NCBI GenBank assembly: GCA_903842235.1
Contig: CAIMLG010000059.1
Span: forward strand, 14,125 to 78,124
Direction: 5' to 3'
Source of the DNA: an uncultured Verrucomicrobia subdivision 3 bacterium
Lineage (GTDB): Bacteria > Verrucomicrobiota > Verrucomicrobiia > Limisphaerales > UBA11358
DNA length: 64,000 nucleotides
Positions 1 through 11,675 of the stretch are shown piece after piece; position 1 is the first letter of the stretch; every line of letters starts with the position of its first letter. Both the position numbers and the translations under genes were made by a program. A model generated the notes under the pieces. It had not been told where the DNA came from and did no database searches. It saw nothing but the letters and a program-made list of their open reading frames with translations.

Positions 1-96
1 ACGGCCTGTCGAAATGAAAAGCGGCTTCGCGATTTTAATAGTGGGAAAATCCTGACCCTAGTTGACAAGGCCCTGCAACAAATCGGCGAAAAATAG
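1..96 (+). CDS. 3' end of an unidentified CDS entering from upstream (partial)
   Basis: Frame +1 is open from base 1 to TAG 94-96 (...RNEKRLRDFNSGKILTLVDKALQQIGEK*); too short to name. Confidence 0.3.
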   Translation, partial: TACRNEKRLRDFNSGKILTLVDKALQQIGEK

Positions 97-108
97 GAAT
101 CCGCGCAG

Positions 109-117
109 CCCCCCCCC
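109..117. repeat. C9 homopolymer tract, intergenic
   Basis: cagCCCCCCCCCact read directly. Confidence 0.8.
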
Positions 118-246
118 ACTTGGGAGACCGCAGGGGTGAGCGGACTTGCCCTTGGCGCAGGTCGGGGCCAACTCACGGCCTAACGTAGATGCGCCACCTA
201 GGGCGACGAAAACCCGGACGATCACGCAGCGGAAGCTGCGGGGGTT

Positions 247-768
247 TTAGGCCCTCGCCGAGGGGTATATTTTTCCCACCCGATTCGGAACAACCCCGAT
301 TGCCGGCTTCTGCATGATCTGCTGGGTGATCTGATCGCGCAGATGACTAAAGATTTCGTGCGGCGATTGGTTCCGCAGGATGGTTTCGTCCCTGACCCAG
401 TTCAAGATGGACCAGAGGCGTAAGCGGGGCATGGCCTCTGAACTGACCACCAGCGTGTCGCCACAGGGGCAGTTGGCAAAAGCCATGGTTCCGATCGGGT
501 CAGCCGGGTTCCAATCTCCCAGTTCGGCATCGTAGGAGACGACTGGGCCCAGCGGTTTGGTGGTCAGCAGGAACTCGCGGATAGTGGCAAAGGTCCGACG
601 ACAAAAGGGACAGACCTTGGGGAATTGTCCCTCCACGTTTTCGCGGATCTCCCGGATAACTTCAATTTCAGTCATGATGCGAAGGGGTTCCTCATGGGAA
701 TCACGGTTTTGAGTTAGAGCACGCGTCAGATTACTGGATAAAAACGGAATGTCTATGCCGGCGGACAT
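247..768 (-). CDS. hypothetical protein with CxxC...CxC cysteine motifs
   Basis: 173-codon ORF with ATG at 768 (alternative ATG at 675, MTEIEVIREI...). Cys pairs CPFC and CPCG suggest a small zinc-binding fold. No family recognised. Confidence 0.5.
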   Translation of the reverse strand: MSAGIDIPFLSSNLTRALTQNRDSHEEPLRIMTEIEVIREIRENVEGQFPKVCPFCRRTFATIREFLLTTKPLGPVVSYDAELGDWNPADPIGTMAFANCPCGDTLVVSSEAMPRLRLWSILNWVRDETILRNQSPHEIFSHLRDQITQQIMQKPAIGVVPNRVGKIYPSARA

Positions 769-990
769 GAGCTTGGAGAACGGGGGCTTCGCAGGACCAG
801 ACGAGGCCCGGATGGAGCCAGTGAATGTGTTTCATGGTGTGGAGTTGAGCCCGCCGGTAATCCTGCACCAGCGCCCGGAGTTGACGGCGGGAGAGGCAGC
901 CCAAACTGTCGGGTTTCGTTGCACCCGTGCCAGGGGGGGCGGCGGGTTTTGATTGTCGGCCGGCGGGAAATATTCCACAGTGGCGGGAAC

Positions 991-1188
991 ATGAATGAAA
1001 CGATCCAGTGGCCCAGCGGAGAATTTACCCTTCAAGCGGCCGGGCAGCTTAACGCCGGGGTGCCGGAGGCTTTGATCCGAAAGAAACTTTCCGCCGCGCT
1101 GGCCGCCAAGACCCTGGTGCAAACCAAGAAAGGCGATAAAAAGGCCAAAGGCACCTTTCAAGTCGTGGCCAGCGGTCTGGCCGCCTAA
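991..1188 (+). CDS. small hypothetical protein (65 aa)
   Basis: ATG 991 inside track ORF 919..1188 (MNETIQWPSGEFTLQ...). Lys/Ala-rich C-terminal half. A strong hairpin terminator follows 26 nt downstream. Confidence 0.4.
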   Translation: MNETIQWPSGEFTLQAAGQLNAGVPEALIRKKLSAALAAKTLVQTKKGDKKAKGTFQVVASGLAA

Positions 1189-1213
1189 ACCGATTCGACC
1201 AAGCCAAATGAAT

Positions 1214-1247
1214 AACGCGCCGGAGTGACTCCGGCGCGTTGCTTTGT
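1214..1247. terminator. bidirectional rho-independent-type hairpin
   Basis: Perfect 12-bp stem AACGCGCCGGAG/CTCCGGCGCGTT with a 3-nt loop, then GCTTTGT. Lies between convergent ORFs 991..1188(+) and 1272..1574(-). Confidence 0.65.
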
Positions 1248-1271
1248 CTGCGAGATCAAACCGGGCGGGGG

Positions 1272-1574
1272 CTACGCCACCGCTTCGTGTTCCTCGACGG
1301 CTTCCTGCTTGAGTTCGTCCAGCGCGCGGAAACGGCTGGCGGCAAACCCAGCCTCCACGCCGAGATTATTCGTGGGATTGTAAAGGCCCACGAGCAGCAG
1401 CGACGATTCCAGCACGCGGCGCAGGTCCATGATGAGTTCGTCCGCCCGCACGCCAACGCGCACGGCGCGGACGACGTAGATCGTCTCCAGCACCGGCAGT
1501 TGCAGGTAAAGCTGTTTAACCGTTTCCGGCCACTTATCATCCACTAAAACGACTTTTTGTCCGATGCTGAACAT
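1272..1574 (-). CDS. hypothetical protein (100 aa)
   Basis: Its ATG (1574) lies 1 nt after the TGA (1576-1578) of the upstream fusion gene, so it is probably the same operon. No family recognised. Confidence 0.5.
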   Translation of the reverse strand: MFSIGQKVVLVDDKWPETVKQLYLQLPVLETIYVVRAVRVGVRADELIMDLRRVLESSLLLVGLYNPTNNLGVEAGFAASRFRALDELKQEAVEEHEAVA

Positions 1575-1575
1575 G

Positions 1576-3753
1576 TCAGTATGGCAGCGGGAATTTCGCG
1601 GTCAAGGCACGGACGCGTTCCCGCACCTGGTGGGCGGCTTCGACATTTTTGATGTCCATGAGCACTTCCGAGATCATGTCGGCAATGGCGGCCATCTCGG
1701 CTTCCTTCATACCGCGCGTAGTGCAGGCCGGGGTGCCGAGGCGGATGCCGCTGGCTTGGAACGGCGAGCGGGTTTCGTTTGGAATGGTGTTTTTATTGAC
1801 CGTGATGCCCGCTTCGTCGAGCGCGATCTGGGCATCTTTGCCGGTGACGTCTTTGGCCCCGACATCCACCAGCATCAGATGGTTGTCCGTGCCGCCGCTG
1901 ATGAGGCGGTAACCGTTGCGTTTCATGCCTTCGGCGAGCGCGGCGGCATTGGTGACGATTTGCCGCTGGTAAGCCTGGAAGCTGGGCTGCAGGGCTTCGT
2001 GGAAGCAAACGGCCTTGCCGGCGATGACGTGTTCCAGCGGGCCGCCCTGGATGCCGGGGAACACCTGGGAATCAATGATTTTGGCGTATTTCTCGGGGCA
2101 GAGAATCAAGCCGCCGCGCGGGCCGCGCAGGGTCTTGTGCGTGGTGGTGGTGACGAAATCCGCGTGGCCGATCGGGCTGGGATGGATGCCCGCCGCGACG
2201 AGCCCGGCAATGTGCGCGATGTCGGCGAGCAGCAGGGCGCCAACTTCGCGGGCGATCTCGCCCATGCGCTGGAAATCAATGATGCGCGGATAGGCGCTGG
2301 CCCCCACGGTGATCATCTTGGGCTTATGTTCGCAGGCCATGGCGGCGAGTTGATCGTAATCAATCAGCTCGGTTTGCAGGTTCACGCCGTAGTGAACGAT
2401 CTCGAAAAACTTGCCGGAGAAATTGGCTTTGTTGCCGTGGGTTAGATGGCCGCCGTGGCTCAAGTCCATCGTCAGCATCTTGTCGCCGGGCTTGAGCAGG
2501 GCGAAATAGACGGCCATGTTCGCGCCGGAACCGGAATGCGGCTGGACGTTGGCATGATCCGCCCCGAACAGCTTTTTCGCCCGGTCAATCGCCAGTTGCT
2601 CGATGGTGTCAATGTATTCACAGCCGCCATACCAACGCTTCTTGGGATAACCTTCGGCGTATTTGTTCGTGAGCACGGAGCCTTGCGCTTCCATGACGGC
2701 CGGGCTGGTGAAGTTTTCCGACGCGATCAGCTCGATGTTTTCCTGCTGCCGCTGGCGTTCTTGGTCAATCGCCGTGGCGATTTCGGGGTCCACATTGGCC
2801 AGGCGCAGGTTGGCCGGGGCAAACTGGGTGTCCAGCTTCCGCACGCGGCGCTCGTGGCGGCCGCCCTCGGGCTTGGCCGCGAGGAAGGCGGCGAGAATCT
2901 TTTTTCCCAGCTCCGCCGAAGTTTTTTTGCCGCTCAAGCACAGGACGTTGGCGTCATTGTGCTGGCGGGAGCGCGCGGCGCCTTCCTCGTCGTCCACGAG
3001 GGCGGCGCGCACGCCGGCCACCTTGTTGGCCGCGATGCTCATGCCCACGCCGCTGGTGCAGACGAGCAGGCCGAATTCGGCCTGGCCCGCCGCCACCGCC
3101 CGGGCGGCCGCCCGGGCGAAATCCGGATAATCATCCGCCGGTTCCTTGGTGGTCGCGCCGCAATCGGTGACCGTCAGGCCGCGCTCGCGCAGGAACGCCT
3201 TGAGCGATTCCTTGAGTTCATAGCCGCCGTGGTCCGCGCCCAGCGCAAAGTTGACGAGGGCCGGGGCGGAGGGATTCGGATTTTTCGACAGGAAGTGGTG
3301 TTGTTCCATAAATTTTATCAGCGTGACGATGCCTTGCTCAATTTGGTCGCGGCAATCCTCATAGACCCGATACGAGCCGCCGATGGGATCACTTATGTCC
3401 TTTTCGTAAGGCTCCAGGGTTTCGTCAAATTCGCGCAGCAAAAAAGTTTTCTCGGCCGCCGCCGGATACAGCAACGCCACGGTGTCGGTGTGGCTGTGGG
3501 TCATGCCAAAAATAAAGTCGGCCTGTTTCACCATTTCCGTCGTGAGCGCGCGGCTGCGCTGCCGGGAGATATCCAGACCGATCTCCTGCATCGCCTGCAC
3601 AGAATGGTTCGTGGGCGGATGCCCATCCTCCGCCCCCAGCCCCGCCGAAAGGACGCGAAACTCGCCGCGCCCCCTGACCGCCTGCCGGAAAAGCCCCTCA
3701 GCCATCGGGCTGCGACAAATATTGCCGGTGCAAAGAAAAAGAATCGTTTTCAT
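1576..3753 (-). CDS. glyA: tri-domain fusion: LMW protein phosphatase + ribose-5-phosphate isomerase B + serine hydroxymethyltransferase
   Basis: No stop between 3792 and 1576; first ATG at 3753. [20 protein letters not shown] is the CX5R(S) P-loop of LMW phosphatases. [13 protein letters not shown]...[15 protein letters not shown]...[11 protein letters not shown] is RpiB/LacAB. The last ~414 aa ([31 protein letters not shown]...) are SHMT. Approximate domain limits: 3753-3300 / 3258-2827 / 2826-1576. Confidence 0.9.
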   Translation of the reverse strand: MKTILFLCTGNICRSPMAEGLFRQAVRGRGEFRVLSAGLGAEDGHPPTNHSVQAMQEIGLDISRQRSRALTTEMVKQADFIFGMTHSHTDTVALLYPAAAEKTFLLREFDETLEPYEKDISDPIGGSYRVYEDCRDQIEQGIVTLIKFMEQHHFLSKNPNPSAPALVNFALGADHGGYELKESLKAFLRERGLTVTDCGATTKEPADDYPDFARAAARAVAAGQAEFGLLVCTSGVGMSIAANKVAGVRAALVDDEEGAARSRQHNDANVLCLSGKKTSAELGKKILAAFLAAKPEGGRHERRVRKLDTQFAPANLRLANVDPEIATAIDQERQRQQENIELIASENFTSPAVMEAQGSVLTNKYAEGYPKKRWYGGCEYIDTIEQLAIDRAKKLFGADHANVQPHSGSGANMAVYFALLKPGDKMLTMDLSHGGHLTHGNKANFSGKFFEIVHYGVNLQTELIDYDQLAAMACEHKPKMITVGASAYPRIIDFQRMGEIAREVGALLLADIAHIAGLVAAGIHPSPIGHADFVTTTTHKTLRGPRGGLILCPEKYAKIIDSQVFPGIQGGPLEHVIAGKAVCFHEALQPSFQAYQRQIVTNAAALAEGMKRNGYRLISGGTDNHLMLVDVGAKDVTGKDAQIALDEAGITVNKNTIPNETRSPFQASGIRLGTPACTTRGMKEAEMAAIADMISEVLMDIKNVEAAHQVRERVRALTAKFPLPY

Positions 3754-3895
3754 CAAAAACGCAAGGGGGAAAGGGTGGTTGGCCGAAGCCAAATCGTCAA
3801 TCCGAAAGGAAGGCGCGCGGCATCTTAATCGGCCGCCTAATTTTTGTCCGGCCGTGGATGATTAGACTTAAGGCGGCGGCAATCCCCGCGCGAAT

Positions 3896-4597
3896 TCAGC
3901 CGTGCGCCGGGTGGAGCAACGCCAGCGCCTTGATTAAATCCACCGCCCGCGCCAAGGCCGGATCGCGGATCACCGGCTGGGCGGGAACGGGCCGGGGCAT
4001 GGCGATGGTTTTTTCGCCGTCCTCACCGTCTTTCATCCGGCGCCGCACCAGCTCGGCCTCGCTCAGGTGATCGACGAGGACCAGCAAATCATTCGTGGCG
4101 GCGGGGGGATTGGTGCTGGCCAGCGCGGGCGTGGCGTAGGGATTATTGATCAGGGCGCGTTCGTCCGCCAAGCCGACTTTGACCGCGAGATCCGGCTGAA
4201 CGGGCCCGTCGCGGGTGGTTCCGCTGGTCGCACTGCCAAAAATCAAACCGGCGTGGGTTTTCTGCAAAAGCGCGGCCAGCGCCACCGCTGCGCCGCGCGT
4301 TTCACCGTTCACCAAAATGGCCAGCGGCGTTTTATTTATGGCAAACCAATTTGCCGCCGCCGGCACCGTCGTGCTGTCGTCGCCCGTGGCGAAACGCAGA
4401 TCCAACACGGTGCCGGCGATTGAGTTGGTGGCGGATAAAACCTTTTGGCCCGCATTGAGTTCATTCGCGAACGAGCCGTCGAGGTGGCTAACCCGAATGG
4501 CGCAAACATTCGCTTCCAACAAGGAAACTTTCAGCGCCGGCTCCGCCGCCCAGGCGGACCAAGCCGTGGCCAAGAATACTATGAAAAAGCGATTCAT
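3896..4597 (-). CDS. secreted protein with degenerate peptidase-S41-like core (function uncertain)
   Basis: Signal peptide MNRFFIVFLATAWSAWA. PLAILVNGETRGAAVALAALLQKTHAGLIFGSATSG resembles the S41 core, but the nucleophile-Ser position reads GETRGAAV in a by-eye alignment. Confidence 0.55.
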   Translation of the reverse strand: MNRFFIVFLATAWSAWAAEPALKVSLLEANVCAIRVSHLDGSFANELNAGQKVLSATNSIAGTVLDLRFATGDDSTTVPAAANWFAINKTPLAILVNGETRGAAVALAALLQKTHAGLIFGSATSGTTRDGPVQPDLAVKVGLADERALINNPYATPALASTNPPAATNDLLVLVDHLSEAELVRRRMKDGEDGEKTIAMPRPVPAQPVIRDPALARAVDLIKALALLHPAHG

Positions 4598-4684
4598 CCG
4601 GCGGAAAATGCGCCACGAAGCCTGGAAAGTAAAGCGGCTTGCGTCGGCTCGGCGCCGATTTTAAGATTTTGGTCGAATTCCGGC

Positions 4685-4694
4685 GGGGGGGGGG
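4685..4694. repeat. G10 homopolymer tract, about 90 nt upstream of the 3896..4597 start
   Basis: cggcGGGGGGGGGGcggc; position checked against track ORF 4639..4875 codons. Confidence 0.85.
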
Positions 4695-4886
4695 CGGCGA
4701 TAGGCTTGTGACACTGACCGCGCTCGACCTTGATGGGCACCGGCAATTTGCCCGCGACCATTCACTGGGCGCCTTCACTGAGCTGGTGCAGCGCCATGGG
4801 GATCCCGTCCATTCTGCCCGCTTGGTGGAGGCAATCGGCTGCACCAGCGGGAGTTGGCAAGGTGAAAATAGGTGACGGAGTTCAAC

Positions 4887-4909
4887 GTCCCCAGTCCAAG
4901 GTCCAAAGT
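4887..4909. repeat. short YCCAAAG-type heptad remnant
   Basis: gtccccagtccaaggtccaaagt; same unit as at 57470, 63852 and inside the 84-bp repeats. Confidence 0.55.
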
Positions 4910-5012
4910 TGAGACAGTTTGGTGGCGGGAAGCTGCGGCGCAGCTGGTTTATATTCACCGGCCAGATCCGCGTCAAGGACGGGACTGCCCCCTGGCCGAT
5001 TCCACCCCTGAA

Positions 5013-5056
5013 CCTAAAACCGCAGTTCAACCACGGATGGATCAACACGGATAACC
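5013..5056. repeat. REP-like intergenic element (AACCGCAG / ATCCGTG type)
   Basis: cctaaaaccgcagttcaaccacggatggatcaacacggataacc. The first ~29 nt are nearly identical to 18844-18872. Confidence 0.6.
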
Positions 5057-5194
5057 AGCCCTGACAAACCTTCGCCGGTTCACCCGGAAGGGGAAGGCTG
5101 GCAACGGCTGGAACGGCCAAGCCAGCTTTTAAGAAAAGAAAGGCGGGCTGACAGAATGCTATTTGGGCGATTGACCGCTCACACTCAGGGGTGA

Positions 5195-7540
<2,346 letters not shown>

Positions 7541-7545
7541 CCGCC

Positions 7546-7564
7546 GGGCGGCCGCGGGCCGCCC
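7546..7564 (+). terminator. GC hairpin after katG (weak terminator candidate)
   Basis: gggcggcc-gcg-ggccgccc 6 nt after the katG stop; no T-tract follows. Confidence 0.3.
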
Positions 7565-7662
7565 ATTCAAGGAACCGGCGGCCAGCGGCTTGCTTCGGAA
7601 AGCTGCGGCGACGGATTTTTTGAATTGCCAATCCCCGTCGCCAGTCGGCACTCTGAGCGCAC

Positions 7663-8259
7663 ATGAATTTGCCCAACAAACTCACCGCCTCGCGGTTTGT
7701 GCTGACGGTGGTTTTTCTCTGGGCCATGTTTTCCCAGTTTGCCTACAACGACACGCTGGCGCTGATTTTCTTCTGCCTCGCCGGCGTGACGGATTTTCTG
7801 GATGGGCGGATCGCCCGCGCCCGGAAGCTCATCACCAATTTCGGCAAATTGATGGATCCGCTCGCGGACAAGATCATGACCTGCTCCGCCTTCATCGCGT
7901 TTGTGGAAAGCACGCATCGGAATCCCGAGGCGCCGGTGAAAGTGGGGGCGTGGATGGTGGTGATCATTGTCGGGCGCGAACTGGCCATCACCGGGCTGCG
8001 GCTGCTGGCGGCCTCCAAGAACATCGTGCTCTCGGCGGAGCGCTTTGGCAAACACAAGACCATTTCGCAGATCGTCGCCATCATCGCGCTGCTGGTGGTG
8101 GATGCCCGGGGCGAATGGCCCGCGGCCCTGCAAACCGTCTTTGGCGCCTGGGTGCCGGTCTTTGCCGAGATCATGCTATGGATGACGGTGGCGCTGACGG
8201 TGGCTTCCGGCGTGATTTACCTCCGGCGCAACCGGGCGCTGTATCTGACCGACATGTGA
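7663..8259 (+). CDS. pgsA: CDP-diacylglycerol--glycerol-3-phosphate 3-phosphatidyltransferase
   Basis: CDP-alcohol phosphatidyltransferase motif DFLDGRIARARKLITNFGKLMDPLADK; multiple TM helices; ~198 aa. Confidence 0.9.
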   Translation: MNLPNKLTASRFVLTVVFLWAMFSQFAYNDTLALIFFCLAGVTDFLDGRIARARKLITNFGKLMDPLADKIMTCSAFIAFVESTHRNPEAPVKVGAWMVVIIVGRELAITGLRLLAASKNIVLSAERFGKHKTISQIVAIIALLVVDARGEWPAALQTVFGAWVPVFAEIMLWMTVALTVASGVIYLRRNRALYLTDM

Positions 8260-8507
8260 GCCGAAGCCCGGCCGCAAAAATGCGGCGGAGCGGCGGCGCC
8301 GCCCCACCACCGGGGCCGCCCAATTGGTTCGGATATTCCAGACCATTAGTTTTTTGTCCGCCCTCCCCCTCAACCTCGGGAGAGTGCGTTACCCGCTCCG
8401 CATGAGTTGGTTTTTCCCCAACTTCCCTCAACCGCCCTGCGTCCACGCTCTAAGCCCTCCCCCACCCCAGCGATGGTTCTTCCAAAACAAAAAATGCTTT
8501 TCAGGAT

Positions 8508-9551
8508 TTATTTTTGGGAAAAGGCGGCGTCAAAGGCCGCCTGATTCGCGGGGAAATCCAGGTGGCGGACGAAGGCGCACGCCTCGGTCGCGCCGTGGAT
8601 CCGATCCATGCGGCCATCCTCCCATTCCACCGAGAGCGGGCCGCGATACCCGACGTCGTTCAGCGCCACGATGATTTCCTCAAATTTGATGTCGCCGTGA
8701 CCGAGCGAGCGGAAATCCCAGAAGCGCCGGGCGTCCGTGAAATCCACATGGCCGCCAAACACGCCCACGGTGCCGTCGCCATGGCCCCACCACACATCCT
8801 TCAGGTGCGCATGGAAAAGGCGCGCGCCGAAGGCGCGGATGAATTGGACGTAATCCACGCCCTGATAGCCGAGGTGCGACGGATCGTAGTTAAAGCCAAA
8901 GCGCGGATGGTTTTTGACCGCGGCCAGTGCCCGGCGGGCCGAGGCGATATCGAAGGCGATTTCGGTGGGATGCACTTCGAGGGCAAAATTGACGTTGTTC
9001 TGTTCAAAGACGTCCAGAATGGGCAGCCAGCGCTTGGCAAAATCGGCGTAACCGCGATTGAGAAATTCCTGGCTCGTGGGCGGAAAGGCGTAAAGCGCGT
9101 GCCAGATGCTGGAGCCGGTAAAGCCATTAACCACGGCGGGGCCGGGCGGACGGCCGCCATTTTTTCCCGACGGTTTTGCGTCAAAGAATCTGCGGGCGGC
9201 CACGGCGGTGGCTTTCATCCGTTCCGCCGCGCGCTGGCGGACGCCTTCGGGCCGGCCATCGCCCCAGACCGCGGCGGGCAAGATGGCCTGATGGCGCTCA
9301 TCAATCAGATCGCACACCGCCTGGCCCACGAGATGGGCGGACAGCGCGTGGCAAGTGAGGCCATTTTTCTTGAGCAGCGCCCATTGCTTGGCGCAGTAAT
9401 CTTTTTCGGCCAGCGCGCGCGCCACGTCGAAATGATCGCCCCAGCAGGCCAGTTCCACGCCGTCGTAGCCCATTTTTTTGACCAGCGGCAGTAATTTGGC
9501 GAGCGGGAGATCGGCCCACTGGCCGGTAAACAAGGTGACAGGACGTGACAT
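8508..9551 (-). CDS. sugar phosphate isomerase/epimerase (xylose-isomerase-like TIM barrel)
   Basis: [17 protein letters not shown]...[16 protein letters not shown]... family pattern; ATG 9551 (track start 9569). Confidence 0.8.
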   Translation of the reverse strand: MSRPVTLFTGQWADLPLAKLLPLVKKMGYDGVELACWGDHFDVARALAEKDYCAKQWALLKKNGLTCHALSAHLVGQAVCDLIDERHQAILPAAVWGDGRPEGVRQRAAERMKATAVAARRFFDAKPSGKNGGRPPGPAVVNGFTGSSIWHALYAFPPTSQEFLNRGYADFAKRWLPILDVFEQNNVNFALEVHPTEIAFDIASARRALAAVKNHPRFGFNYDPSHLGYQGVDYVQFIRAFGARLFHAHLKDVWWGHGDGTVGVFGGHVDFTDARRFWDFRSLGHGDIKFEEIIVALNDVGYRGPLSVEWEDGRMDRIHGATEACAFVRHLDFPANQAAFDAAFSQK

Positions 9552-9689
9552 AATAATGATATGATTCAAAAAATAAATTGTAACCCTGCGGGGATAAAGT
9601 CAATCTGAACCCACTAGAAAACAACCCGCCCGCGCGCCACGCAGGGCGCGGCAGTTTGCAACGCCCAATACAACCACAACAAAGCAACC

Positions 9690-11102
9690 ATGCAAAAACA
9701 ACCCTCCACGGCACGCCCGCTGGGTTGGCTGAACCGCCGGCATTTCTTAAAAGCCGCCGGGGCCGCCTTGGTGCTGCCGGCCATCCTACCGGGTTGCACC
9801 ATGAGCGCCCCCCGCCGTCCCCGGGCCGCCAACCGCATCACCTTGGGCGTGATTGGCTGGGGCATGCAGGGGCCGGGCAACACAAGGAATTTCCTAAATG
9901 AAGCGGATTGTCAGGTAATCGCCGCCTGCGATTTAGATGCCAACCGACTGGCCAAAGCCGTCAGCACCGTCAACGAGCACTACAATAACCGGGATTGCAA
10001 GGCTTACCATGATTTCCGCGAGATGTTTGAGCGCGAAGACCTCGACGCCGTGATGATCGCCGTGCCGGATCACTGGCATGGAATCGTCGCCACCGAGGCC
10101 GCCCGCCACAAACTGGACATCTACGGCGAGAAACCGCTGGCCAAAACCATCGCGGAACAGCAGGCCATCGTCCGCGCCGTGGAGAAAAATAACGTCATCT
10201 GGCAGACCGGTTCGTGGCAGCGCTCGCAGGCGCTCTTCCGCAAGGCGGCGGAAATTGTGCGCAACGGATTGATCGGCGAGGTCACCCACGTCGAGGTCGG
10301 CCTGCCCGCCGGACATCACGATTTTCCCAGCACCACCCCCGAACTGCTGGCCAAACTGAAGCCGCTGGGCATCACCAGCCTCGCCGACGTCGTCCCCGGC
10401 ACCGAGGCGTGGAACCTCGCCGTCAGCGAACCCCCGACCGGCTTGGACTACAATTTCTGGATCGGCCCGTCCAAGATGGAGCCCTACATCGCACAACGCG
10501 TTTATCAAAACTGGCGCTGGAACTTCAACACCGGCGGCGGCCAGTTGCTCGACTGGGTCGGGCATCATTGCGACATTGCGCACTGGGGGATGGACTGCGA
10601 CCGTTCCGGCCCGGATGAAGTCGAAGGGCACGGCGATTTCCCGCCGGCCAACGCCGTGTGGAACACCGCCACCAAATACCGGATTGAACTGAAGTATCCA
10701 CACGACATCATCATGACCATCGCGGGCGGCTATCCCGACATCCGCAGCGGCACCAAGTGGATCGGCACGGACGGCTGGGTCTGGGTGGATCGCGGCGGGT
10801 TTGACTGTTCCAATCCGGAATTGAAAAAAGGCAAATCGCTGCCGGAGGCGCTCCGCAAAGTGAAGCTTTACGAATCTCCCGGCCATCAGCGGAATTTTCT
10901 CGACTGCGTCAAATCCCGGAAACCCACGATCACGCCGGTGGAAACGGCGCATCATTCCACGATTCCCGGCCATCTGGGTCTAATCTCCATGCTGGTGGGT
11001 CGCAAGTTGCATTGGGACGCCAAATCTGAGAAAATCCACAACGACAGCGAGGCCAGTCAACTGCTGACCCGGCCCTACCGGGCGCCGTGGCACCTGGCGT
11101 GA
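9690..11102 (+). CDS. Gfo/Idh/MocA family oxidoreductase with twin-arginine signal
   Basis: NRRHFLKAAGAALVLPA TAT-type signal, Rossmann LGVIGWGMQG, YGEKPLA motif. Confidence 0.9.
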   Translation: MQKQPSTARPLGWLNRRHFLKAAGAALVLPAILPGCTMSAPRRPRAANRITLGVIGWGMQGPGNTRNFLNEADCQVIAACDLDANRLAKAVSTVNEHYNNRDCKAYHDFREMFEREDLDAVMIAVPDHWHGIVATEAARHKLDIYGEKPLAKTIAEQQAIVRAVEKNNVIWQTGSWQRSQALFRKAAEIVRNGLIGEVTHVEVGLPAGHHDFPSTTPELLAKLKPLGITSLADVVPGTEAWNLAVSEPPTGLDYNFWIGPSKMEPYIAQRVYQNWRWNFNTGGGQLLDWVGHHCDIAHWGMDCDRSGPDEVEGHGDFPPANAVWNTATKYRIELKYPHDIIMTIAGGYPDIRSGTKWIGTDGWVWVDRGGFDCSNPELKKGKSLPEALRKVKLYESPGHQRNFLDCVKSRKPTITPVETAHHSTIPGHLGLISMLVGRKLHWDAKSEKIHNDSEASQLLTRPYRAPWHLA

Positions 11103-11120
11103 CCCCGATTTTAATTAACC

Positions 11121-11675
11121 ATGAACGACGCGACTGACAAAAAACAAACGGACTCCAACGGCAGTTCCGGCTGCTGCAACTGTGACTATTCGCTGGCGTT
11201 TCTGCTGCTGCGCGGCTGGCTCGGCATGCGCGCCCTGGTCACCGGCCTGGAAAAATTCGGCGCCTACAAGACGGTGCAGCAACAGCTGCTGGATCCGGCC
11301 ACGGGACAGCCGGACGCCAGCGGGGCGCTGGTGGAACTCAAGGTAAAATATTATGCGATGGCGAATTACTCGGGCATCCCGGCAGGCTTGAAAGGCAAGT
11401 TCGCCAACGAAGCCTTGCTGCCACATTTTGCCCTGACCGCGTTTAACGCGCTGCTCGGCCCCGCGCTCCTCGCGACGGGCCTCATGCTGTTGCTCGGCTT
11501 GGGCACGCGGCTCTCCCTGTTCCTGCAAGGCGTGATCTACATCCTGCTGACCGTCGGCCTGATTCTGATCCATCAAGACGACGGCATCTCCTGGCTGGGC
11601 GTCCACCTGGCGCTCATCACGCTGGCCTTGATGCTGGCCAAACACAACAAACTTGCCCTGCTCAAAAAATGGTAA
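11121..11675 (+). CDS. membrane protein, DoxX-like (tentative)
   Basis: Three or four hydrophobic helices (LAFLLLRGWLGMRALV..., LLGPALLATGLMLLLGLG...). Overlaps the next gene by 7 nt. Confidence 0.55.
   Translation: MNDATDKKQTDSNGSSGCCNCDYSLAFLLLRGWLGMRALVTGLEKFGAYKTVQQQLLDPATGQPDASGALVELKVKYYAMANYSGIPAGLKGKFANEALLPHFALTAFNALLGPALLATGLMLLLGLGTRLSLFLQGVIYILLTVGLILIHQDDGISWLGVHLALITLALMLAKHNKLALLKKW

Noticed and set aside
2446-3828. 460-aa plus-strand ORF, and similar ORFs at 1564..2445, 33952..35265, 17323..18531, 49377..50603 and 28188..29342
   Set aside because: All mirror strongly supported genes (glyA fusion, hemL, oxidoreductase, smc, pta) and have Arg/Gly/His-rich low-information sequence.
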